Below are positions 15,390 to 29,597 of a stretch of DNA of 64,000 nt, one piece after another (the first letter of the stretch is position 1; every line of letters begins with the position of its first letter). Below the pieces are notes generated by a model. That model worked only from the letters and a program-made list of their open reading frames with translations, was not told the DNA's origin and searched no databases. The position numbers and the translations under genes were made by a program. Source of the stretch: Piromyces finnis finn (taxonomy: Eukaryota > Fungi > Neocallimastigomycota); the NCBI GenBank assembly GCA_002104945.1, contig MCFH01000095.1, forward strand, positions 52,648-116,647. The letters are read 5' to 3'.

Positions 15390-18300
15390 CAAACTATAAT
15401 GTAATAAATAATATATTATATAAAAAAGGTAATGATGCAAACTATACCATGCAAGTGTTCTTAAGAATTATTAATGGATCAAATTCAACAAAAACTATAA
15501 CATCATCAACAACAAAATCGTCAACTCAAGATCAACATCAAAAAGAAGATAGTAGTAATCTTGAAAAATTCAGAAATTTAGTAAAAATGATTAATGCCAT
15601 TCAACATAATATCAGTAAAAATCAATTATACTTAAGTTTTGATATTGAAGAATACGAACAAAATAAAAAATTAATTACAGAAATTGGATGGTGTATTTTC
15701 AAAAAAGATGGAACAATTAGGAAAAAGAAACATGCTATTGTCAAAGAAAACGTTTATCGTAGAAATAGTATAAAAAAACCAGATAATAAAGATGATTATT
15801 TATTTGGAGTATCAGATATTCAAGAGTTAAAGACTATTGAAGAAGAATTAAGAAATGATGTTGAAAAAGTTAGTTTCTTAGTATGTCATGGTCTAGGAAA
15901 GAATGATATTCGTTATTTGAAATCCATTAAAATTGATATATCTAAATTTATCAAAATGAAACTTAATAGACCTCCATATTATGGTTTAATTGATACCATG
16001 GACTTATATTCTTGTCTTTTTGATACTAAAGGTGTAAAATTGGAAAATAGTTTAACAAAATTGGAAATACCATTTAATAAAATTTATAATTCAGGTAAAA
16101 AATTAAAAAAAATAATAGAATATAAAACACTATTTACACAGAATTCTATATATAAATATATAAAGACTTTATAAAAAAATTTTATTTATAATAAAATAAA
16201 TGTACTATTTCACTATTTATAAATATTAATGTTTAAAAAATTATAAATATTTATATTATATTATATAAATCAATATAGCACAATTAATATTAACAATTTA
16301 AAATTATATTATAATTCTTCATAAAAAAAAAAAACAATTTTTTTAGGTAATAATGCTATGTATACTATGGAATTATTTTTAAAATTAATGGACAAGTACA
16401 AAGGAAATGCTCAATTATCTCAGGAAGTAAATTTAAAAAGTATTACTCATTATATGCAAACTCATACAAAACAGAAAAATAATAGCTTATTAAAGGAAAG
16501 TAAAAAGGAAAAGAGTGAGAAAAAGGAAGATTCAAATCAATTCCAAGAACAAACAAAATTGGTTGAAGCCATTCGTACCATGAATAATGATAAATCATAT
16601 TTATGTTTAGATATTGAAGCCTATGAGTTTGATCAAAAGAAATTAACTGAATTTGGATGGTGTATTTTTAAAAAAGATGGTACAATTATAAAAAAGAAGC
16701 ATACCAATGTAGAAGAATATTTAAAATTCAGAAATGGAAAACATGTTCCTGATAATAAAGAACATTTCTTATTTGGACAATCCGATATTCAAAAATTAGA
16801 AGTGGTAGAAGAAGAATTGAAAAAGGATATTGAAAATGTCAATTATATTGTTGGACATGGTATTAAAAGTGATATAAATTACCTTAAATCAATTAATGTT
16901 AACACATCTAAATTTTTAACAATGAAGAATCAAAATATTCCAGAATTCGGTGTTATTGATACCATGGATATTTATTCAGGACAATTTAATACTAAAGGTG
17001 TTGGATTAGAAAAATGTTTAATTAAATTGGAAATTCCGTATTGTAGATTACATAATGCAGGTAATCCTTTTATTTATTGTGTTGTTATCCTATTCCCTAT
17101 TTATAATTTTTTTAATTCAATAGCTTTTTTTTTATTATTATTAATTATATGATTAAATAAAAATAAAAAAAACATAATTTAAAATAAAAATTATTTTTTT
17201 TATAGGTAATGATGCAATGTTTACAATGCAAGTTTTTCTAAAGATTATAAATAAATCAAAAACAGTACCATTACAATTATCCATTAATTCAAATAATGAA
17301 AATACTAATGAATCAGAAAAGCAAAAGGATAATAAAGGAAAAGATATGAATGAAGTTAAAGAAATAAAAGAAAAGAAAGAAATAGAAGAAACAAAGAAAG
17401 AAAAGAATGATATTAAATTAACTAAACCAAAAAAAGAAAAAAAAGATGAATCTATTCAATTTCGAGAAAATGAAAAATTAATTGAAGTTATACGAGCTAT
17501 TGATAATGATAAATTATATTTATGTTTAGATATTGAAGCCTATGAGTTTGATCAAAAGAAATTAACTGAATTTGGATGGTGTATCTTCAAAAAAAATGGT
17601 TCCATTTTGAAAAAGAAACATGCTAATGTAAAAGAATATTTAAAATTCAGAAATGGTAAATATGTTCCTGATAATAAAAAACATTTCTTATTTGGACAAT
17701 CCGATATTCAAAAATTAGGAGTGGTAGAAGAAGAATTGAAAAAAGATATTGAAAGTGTCAATTATATTGTTGGACATGGTATTAAAAGTGATATAAATTA
17801 CCTTAAATCAATTAATGTTAACACATCTAAATTTTTAACAATGAAGAATCAAAATACTCCAGAATTCGGTGTTATTGATACCATGGATATTTATTCAGGA
17901 CAATTTAATACTAAAGGTGTTGGATTAGAAAAATGTTTAATTAAATTGGAAATTCCATATTGTAGATTACATAATGCAGGTAAATAAAAAAACTATTTTT
18001 TTTATTAATCAAGTATTAAAAAAAGTAACCATATCGAATTTTATAGTATTATTTTATTACAACCAGTAAATTAATTAATAAACGAATAATATAAACAAAT
18101 TATAATAATTGACTATTTCTTTCTTTTTTAATTTTATTATTATCTATTTTCTTTAAATTTAATTTTAATAGGTAATGATGCCATATTTACTATGCAAGTA
18201 TTTTTAAAAATTATTAATACTTTAGAAACTGTACCATTTCAAATAACACAAGAAACATTAAAAGAAAATGAAGATGATTCCGATAAAAGTTTACGTTCAA

Positions 18301-19777
18301 GAAAACAAAAAAGTGGATCCGATAAATCTATGGAACTTTCAAAGTTAATAAAAATGCTAAAAAATAATATTAGTAAGAATAAATTATTTTTATGCATAGA
18401 TATTAAATCCTATGAAAAAGATCAATCCATCTTAACAGAATTTGGATGGTGTGTTTTCCAAAAAAATGGAACAATCGAAAAAAGAAAATGTGTCATTGTC
18501 AAAGAAAATATGAATTATCAAGAAGATGAATCATCAAATAAAAATTATTTATTTGGAGAAAGAGAGATTCAAGAATTAAATAGTATTAAAACTGAATTAA
18601 TGAATGATATTGAAAAAGTACATTATATTATTGGGTACAATATAAATAATATAGCTCATCATCTGACATCCATGAAAATAGATATCACAAAATTTATTAA
18701 TATGAAAAGTTGTAAAATTGAAGAATTTGGTATGGTGGATATTATGGATATTTATTTAGGACATTTCCATACACAAAGTGCAAGTTTAGAGGAGGATTTA
18801 ACAAAACTCAAAATTCCATATGATAAAATTTATAATGCTGGTAAATATTTATATATAATAAAAAAAAGTTTTTTTTCTTTATTTCTTGTTACTAGTCCCA
18901 TTTTATTTTTTTTATGAATACCTTTTATATTTTATTTTATCGTATATTATCTTTTTTTTGTGTATTTCTATGATTTATAATTAATTAAATTATCAAAACT
19001 CTATATTAATATTTTTTTTTTTAATAATAGGTAATGCATCCATCTTTATATTTCAAATTTTCATAAAAATTGTAAATAATCCAAAAGAAGTTCCTTTACA
19101 ATTACCTATAGAATTATTAAAAAATAATAAATTTCAAAAAGGGAGTAATCAACAATCCACGTCATCCTCCACCTCCACCTCAAAAAATAAAAAAAAATTT
19201 AAAAATGATACGGAAAGGTTTAAAGAGTACAATAAAATAATTCATACAATTCAATGTAACATTAATAAAAATAAATTATATCTTAGTTTGGATATTGAAG
19301 CCTTTGAACAAAATCAAAAAATATTAAAAGAATTTGGATGGTGTATTTTTAAAAAGGATGGAACCATTACAAAAACAAAACATGTTATTGTAAAGGAACA
19401 TATGAATTATCATAATGAAAAAAATGTACCAGATAATAGAAATTATTATTATTTTGGTAATTCAGAATATATGGAATTAAAAAGTATAGAAGAAGAATTA
19501 AGAAAGGATATTGAAAAAGTAAGTTTCTTAGTTGGTCAAGGTATCAATAATGATTTACGTTTTCTAAAATTTATTAATATTGATACTTCAAAATTTGAAT
19601 ATTTGAAAAGCTATCAAATTCCAAAATATGGTCTTATTGATACCATGGATATAAACTCTGGATATTACCTTGCAAATGGAATTAGTTTAGAAAAAAGTTT
19701 AATAAAATTACAAATTCCATATGATAGATTACATAATTCAGGTAATAAATATTTGTATATATATATACAAATCAAAA

Positions 19778-19808
<31 letters not shown>

Positions 19809-19827
19809 TAATATAATTATTATTATT

Positions 19828-19864
<37 letters not shown>

Positions 19865-22800
19865 TTTATTTAAACAAATATTTAAAAATCTAAAAAAAAA
19901 AAAGATATTATTAATTTAATATTTATTTTATTTGTTATAATTTTATTTAAATGTTTTTTTTTTTTTTCAAAAGGAAATGATGCCATATTTACTATGCAAG
20001 TCTTTCTAAAAATGATTAATGATTGTAAAACGGTACCACTTCAATTAACAGATGAAAGGATAAAAGAAGTGAACTCTAAAGTAGAAAATGATAGTGGATC
20101 ATCCTCCACTAAACAAAAAGCCAAAAAATTCAAGAATGAAGCTGTAAAATATGATGATTTTGAAAAATTAATTAATAGTATTAAATTTAACATTGGTAAA
20201 AATAAATTATATATATGTTTTGATATTGAAGCCTATGAATTAGATCATAAGATTTTAACAGAATTTGGATGGTGTATTTTTAAAAAAGATGGAACCATTA
20301 TTAAGGAAAAGCATGCCATTGTTAAAGAACATTTAGAGTATCATAATGGAACCTTGGTTCCCGATAATAGAGATAATTATTTATTTGGTACTTCTGTCAT
20401 AGAAGAGTTAAAGGTGATTGAAGAAGAATTAAGAAAAGACATAGAAAGCGTTCATTATTTAGTAGGTCAGGGAATAAGTAATGATTTACGATACCTTAAA
20501 TCTATTAATATTGATACCTCAAAATTTGTTAGTATGAAAGATTCTAAAATTCCTAAATTTGGTATTATTGATACCATGGATTTATATTCTGGAAAATTTT
20601 ATACCCAAGGAGTAAGTCTTGAAAAATGTTTATTGAAATTAAAAATTCCATACGATAAATTACATAATGGAGGTAAAGAATAAAAATATTCTTTTTCTTT
20701 TTTTTTTATTTAATATTTATACTATAGTTTTTACAATATAATTTATGATGAGTGATAATATAATAAAACTTTTTTTTCATAAGGTTTAAAATAAATAACT
20801 AATGAAATATAATATATAATGAAATATATATAAAAATATAAATATGTTTAGGTAATGATACCATATTTACAATGCAAGTTTTTATGAAAATTATAAATAA
20901 TCCTAAAAAAGTACCCTTACAACTTTCAAAAAAATTATTAAAACAAAATAATGAACAATTTAAGAGTGGCAAAGATAAATTATCTCAACAACCATCAAAA
21001 TCTAAAAAACAAAAGGAAGAAGGAATACAATATAAGGATTTTATCAAATTAATTCATACCATAAAATTTAATATCGGGAACAATAAAAGCTATTTATGTT
21101 TAGATATTGAAGCCTATGAACAAAACCAATCCATTTTAACGGAATTTGGATGGTGTATTTTCAAAAAAAATGGAACTATTACTAAAAAGAAGCATGTTAT
21201 AGTGAAAGAAAATATGAATTATCATAATGGTAAAAAGGTTCCAGACCATCGAAATAATTATTTATTTGGGGAATCTGAAATTCAAGAATTAAAAGATATT
21301 GAAAAAGAACTTAAAAAAGATATTGAAAGTGTGAATTATATTGTAGGTCAAGGAATTAATAATGATATTCGATACCTTAAATATATTCATGTTAATATGG
21401 ATAAATTTGTTAGTATGAGAAATTCAAAAGTTCATAAATTTGGTATTATTGATACAATGGATCTCTACTCTGGTTATTTCAACGTTCAAGCCGTTAGTCT
21501 AGAAAAAAGTTTGTTAAAATTAAAAATTCCATATGATAAATTACATAATGGAGGTTATTAGTATTTTATTTTTCATATTTTATTTGTTTACACCATATTA
21601 TTATAATGAATATATTAAATATGTATATTATATATAAAAAAATAATATTTTTTTTATCTTTTGTATATATGAAGTCTTACTAACACAATATTTATTCCTT
21701 TTTTATATCAATTCATAAATCAATTAATCAATCATTCAATCAACATGAAATATATGAATATGATGAATACTAATTCAATTAAAAAAAATAAATAAATAGG
21801 TAATGATTCTGTATTTACAATGCAAGTCTTTTTAAAAATTATATGTAATTTAGAAAAGGTTCCACTTCAATTACCAAAAGAATTTTTAAAAGAAGAAAAG
21901 GAAGAAGAAATGATAAAAGAAAATTCATCTGAAAATTCAATACTAAAAAATAAAGTCAAAGAAGAATCCGAAATATATGAAGAGTATTCAAAACTAATTA
22001 GTACCATTAGACATAATATTAGTGAAAATAAATTATTTATGAGTATTAGTATCAGGACACCAAATAATGATAATAATACTGATCTTGATGATAAAGAATC
22101 AATAAAAATATCAGAATTAGGTTGGTGTATATTTGAAAAAGATGGTTCTGTCACCAAGAAAAAGCATATTCTTTTCAAAAAGTATAGCACAAACCAAAAT
22201 GTTCCAGATGCTTATTTATTTGGGACAACGGAAACCGAAGAAGAAATCAGTAATGATGTGATAGAAGAATTAAAAAAAGATATTGAAGGTATAAATTATT
22301 TAATTGGTCAAGGAATTGAAAGATCCTTACATTTACTTAAATCTATGACAATTAATGTCAATAAATATGTTATTATGAAAACGCCTAAAATTCATAAATA
22401 CGGTGCCATTGATACCATTGATTTGTATTCAGGTCAATTTAGCACAAAATTTAAAAGTTTGAGTGAAAGTATGAAAAAATTACAACTCCCTTGTGATAAT
22501 TTAAATAATTCAGGTAAATATATAAATATATATATATAAAAAAAAGAAAAAGAAAATATAAATTTATTACTATTTTTTATTTTTAAAAATATATATCAAT
22601 AAATATGTAAATACACCATATACATATAAAGCATTTATATATTTATTAATATTCTAATTATATAAATTTAATGTTTAATAATTTATATATATATATATAT
22701 ATATATTATGTTTTTTTTATTTCTTTTTTTTAAAAAAAAAATAAAGGTAATGATACAATATTTGCAATGCAAATATTCCTAAGAATTATTAACAATTCTA

Positions 22801-22901
22801 AAAAAGTTCCATTACAATTAAAAAAGCCGAAAATGAAAGATGAAAATCCTGATGAAGAAATGAAAAAAGAACTAGATCAAGCTGATTTATTAAAAAATTA
22901 A
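12812..22901 (+). CDS. 12-exon gene encoding ~2489 aa with 11 tandem Gfd2/YDR514C/QIP-like DEDDh 3'-5' exonuclease domains
   Basis: Exons: 12812-13328, 13610-14170, 14605-15192, 15429-16094, 16347-17060, 17206-17979, 18172-18840, 19031-19741, 19974-20672, 20852-21553, 21800-22513, 22747-22901. All introns are GT-AG and phase 1, all internal exons are multiples of 3, total 7470 nt, stop TAA at 22899-22901. Repeat motifs LDIEAYE..LTEFGWCIF, G.G..D..YL, IDTMD, LHNAG|NDA. Family assignment is from motif recall. The exon 2 acceptor is the least certain. Confidence 0.88.
14325..14550 (+). repeat. (TTTTA)n pentanucleotide microsatellite in intron 2 of the exonuclease gene
   Basis: Direct reading. 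Confidence 0.97.
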
Positions 22902-23513
22902 TTGTTCTATTAAAAATATTATAAAACTAATCAATTAATGATATTACTAGTAATAGTAATTAGTAATAGAATTAGAAAAAGTTAAAACTGAATGTATTTT
23001 ATATTTTATATTTATGTTTATTATACGACTATTTTCATTCACTACTATATTCATCTCATACTAAAAAAAAAAAGAAATTAAATTATTTTTTTTTATTTTT
23101 CAAAAAAGTATTGTATAATAGTATTCTTTTTTTATTATTATTATTATTGTTATTGTAATAACTAGAATGAATTTTTTTTTTCAAAATAAAGTAGTAAATA
23201 TTATTTAATATAAAATAATTAAAAAATTAGAATGAAAAAAAAAAAAAACAAGTTTATAAAGTTTTTTTTAGTGTATAATAATTGTATTTTGACTTTCAAA
23301 GGATACTCATTGTCAATAATCAAATTTTGTCAAAGGACATAAATTAAGATTGCCATTATTTATACAACTTTTATTTCATTTTTATTATTACTATTTAATA
23401 AAATATTTTAAATATTAATGAAATTTCTTTTTTTGAAAAAAAAAAATATTATAATATATAATTATATTTTTATATTAATACATTTATATATTTATTTCTA
23501 AAAATACGATTGC

Positions 23514-23997
23514 TATGGCACAATCAAGTTCCAGTGCAATTTCTGATGAAATGTATCAAGATCAAGTTACTAACGGTTATTTCGATTCCTATGCCATTGG
23601 ACATACTGAAACTTCATCACAATAAAACAATAAAACTCACAAACTGATACTATATCCAATACATTAATAAGTACCTGGGCAAATGAACAAGGTTGGAGTC
23701 AAGAAGATTCAAAACCAAATACAGTTTCAAATGGTAAAAGTACTTCGAATACAAGTAGCAAAGAAGTATCTATCGAAGATTCCAAAACCATTTCTAAGGA
23801 TAATACCATTAGTAAAGTTAACTCCGATTCGATTACCTATTCTATAAACCAACAATTCATAAATAATCCAACAGACAATGGATGCTATGAATATGAAGTT
23901 ATTCTAAGACTTAAAGCAGAAGCTATTGTGTAGGCTTATGGGATGAATGATGATTACAAAGGTAAAATTTTATTCAACCGAAGTTACCTATAATGAT
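23514..23997 (+). pseudogene. Decayed fragment of a Ser/Thr-rich protein gene
   Basis: Coding-like composition, translating as MAQSSSSAISDEMYQDQVTNG...*...WANEQGWSQEDSK...GCYEYEVILRLKAEAIV*, with stops and frameshifts. Confidence 0.4.
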
Positions 23998-24498
23998 GGC
24001 GATAACTTTATAATAAGCAAAACAAGGATGTTCCTATAGAGAGAAAAAGTCTGAAATTGAATATCTTGATAACAACTTGTTTGATATATAAAAAGCATCC
24101 AATAATGGTGTAGCTAATCATCATATAAATATTGTAATGTTTCAATTACAAATGCAAATTAATAAATCAATATATAATTATTTTTTTAAATAGCGTTTCT
24201 TTTACCTTTTTTTTTTTTCGAATAAGTTTATTAATACAATATAATTGCAAATAAAAATAAATTATATTTAATAAAAAAATAAAATATATTTTTAATTTTA
24301 TTGAATATATTGAATATTATTAATTATTATTGAATATAAAATAAATAAATGGTACTGTTTAAATATTTTAAATGGCTTAGATGCATAATAAACTATAATT
24401 TTATAATATAAATCTGTATATCTATTTATTATAAATTAGAAATAAAAATCAAATAAAATTTTAAATGAAAATTTTTATCACTATAAATATATAGTTAT

Positions 24499-25260
24499 TT
24501 AAACATCTGTTTTTTTTAACAACATTAAAAAAGCGTATTCTAAAAATGAATCATCTATATCAGGAATGTTTGTATAAAAAAAGGGATAATAATAGATTTC
24601 ATCATTATTGTAATCATGTACAAAACCTTCTTTATCTGTAATTGAATCCTCCATACTCTTGAACAGTTCTCTTTGCATATAACCTGTAGATGAAGTATTG
24701 AGAGAAGATGGAATAATACCAACACGGCTTGATTTGGAATGTATAAATAGTTCCTTTGCTGTAAGTCCTTCGGAATAGCAACTTTGCAAAACGGCTTGAA
24801 TTCCTACTGACATTAAATTTTGAATTACATTATCAATTTTCCCTTTCGAACCACTATTAACAATATTGATTGAATTATTGTTAATTAATTTAGATAAATA
24901 TTCTAATAGTAGATAATTTTTTAAATAGTACTTTCTTATTTCTCTTATCTCTTTACTGTCTTTGTCGTGAGAAAGAATTGAGGAATCTAAATTAAGAAGT
25001 CGTATTGCCGATAAAGTATCAAGAATTTTTTTCCAAAATGGATGTAAATTCATTTTCATTGCCAGGGTCTGGTATACAATCTAAAATGGAAATACTAATA
25101 ATGTGAAATAAATTGTATTCATGCACCATACGTTGTACATCCCACATAAATTTTAAATAAAAAATTGGTACCATAATGAGTAATAGAATATAATAATACA
25201 GTTTGATTGCTATCATTAATAGTGTGAAGTAGAATAACCACGATCTACTAAAATTAAACT
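24499..25260 (-). pseudogene. Frameshifted fragment of a compact multisubunit RNA polymerase largest-subunit (beta'/Rpb1-like) gene, probably from a linear plasmid or virus
   Basis: NSGSKGKIDNVIQNLMSVGIQAV ~ SGSKGS..NI.QM..CVGQQ; EGLTAKELFIHSKSSRVGIIPSSLNTSSTGYMQRELFKSMED ~ GLTP.[29 protein letters not shown].MED; upstream frames give FMWDVQRMVHEY..SISILDCIPD. No introns; at least 2 frameshifts. Confidence 0.8.
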
Positions 25261-25378
25261 TGAATAAAGCAAATAACGATGGAGATACTTCATTGCATTA
25301 TGCTTTTATTTTAATTTCACAATATAGAAATAACTAGATATTTAATTTCAAATGGAGCAAAAATAAATAAATGTAATA

Positions 25379-26847
25379 ATGAAGGTAAGACACCATTACA
25401 TTTTTCTTGTTATATTGGACATTATTGTAAAAAAAAAAAAAAAGTTAATATTAGTAAGAGGTAAAATCCAATATGAAAATAAGAGTGTAAGTATTGTAGA
25501 AATTATTCAAAATTTAAGAAATATTAATAATGGTTATTATCCTGATAAAGATACTGATACAAGAATTGAAGAAAAGTTTAAAAAGCTATACAAAAAGGCA
25601 GAATATTTAATTTGTAATAAATTGGGTTATACTTATGATAAGAATCATTCATTATTTGAAAAATATAGTGATGTAAATGATTACAATCAATTGAAAATTA
25701 CCTTTAATAATAGAATAAATAGTTATGGCATATTTAGAAGTATTTAGAAGTTTAAATGATGATAGTATTGAATTAATTAATGGAAATAATGATAAAGTTA
25801 AAGTATTATCTTTTTACACGGCTAATGAAAGTAGTACTACCTCTAATCTTTGAAGTATTAGAATGTACAATAATTGTAATTTTAAGAATGATATTAGAGG
25901 CGAATATTTTAGAGTTGGAAACAATAATTATAATTCTTTTTTATTTAACAAATGGCTCTGGAAGAATACAAGCTAACCATATTTTAAATAATACTATGAA
26001 ACTTCAATTAATTGCAAATGCTTGTAGAGGTAATACAGAATGTTGTACTATGATGAAAAATTCTGATAGAAATGTAAATTTTAGTTTAATTCAAGATGAA
26101 GACAATTATTATTTGACTAAATTAACTGGAAAAGATACTTTAGAAGCTAAAGGAATAATTATAATACCAGAATGAGGTAATTATACTTTTAGATACGATG
26201 AATACAAAAGTTGGTCCAAATGATCAATGGTATTTTGGATACTAGTGGTAAATATATATATATAGATACATTAATGGATGATATATATACTGGTGTATTT
26301 GGAAAAAGTGATAATCATATTTTAATATTTTATGTTATTATACAAACAATGGAAATAAAATGTATAAATCTATTAAAGATATAATTAGTAATTTTATATA
26401 ACACTGGTACTATTAATAGTATTAATAACAAAATAAACAGTGAGAGTTCTAAGTCAAATAATCATCTTACAGGAAACGAAGAAAGAGAAAAAATTAATAA
26501 AGTATTAAAAGTATTAAATGAGAAAAAAAAAGATTAGTACTACAGTAGATAAAGATAATAAAACTGAATTTGAAATAATTGGTGGCGCAATCTCAATGCA
26601 TTTATTAGAAAAGGTATATCCAATTAGTATAGGATTAAATAATAGAACTGAAAATTTCGAAGGAGGACATTTTATTGAACAGAGATATGCTAAAGATCTA
26701 TGTGATAATACGTATAGCAATAGTAATATTGCTAACACATATTTTCAATGTAAAGCTGGAAAATTGTCTGCTAGATCAGGAGAAGGATCTTGTAAAATGT
26801 GTGATCATGTAGAAATAACAGAAATTCTAGATATTGATATACATTAA
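25379..26847 (+). pseudogene. Intronless decayed ORF fragments of unknown function next to the RNAP fragment
   Basis: Consecutive coding-like fragments (122, 131 and 109 aa) broken by stops and frameshifts. Confidence 0.35.
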
Positions 26848-26954
26848 CTATTGATGTATTGAAAACTTTTAAAGATCAAGGTTTAAATAATAAAATTTTA
26901 CCATACACTTCTGATATAAATAACATAAGAGATAAGAAATAACCAACGAATAAG

Positions 26955-29597
<2,643 letters not shown>

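Noticed and set aside
12812-22539. Eleven separate tandem exonuclease genes, as the ORF track suggests
   Set aside because: Each ORF lacks its catalytic Asp helix, runs into AT-rich intron sequence after HNxG, and splices in frame to the next.
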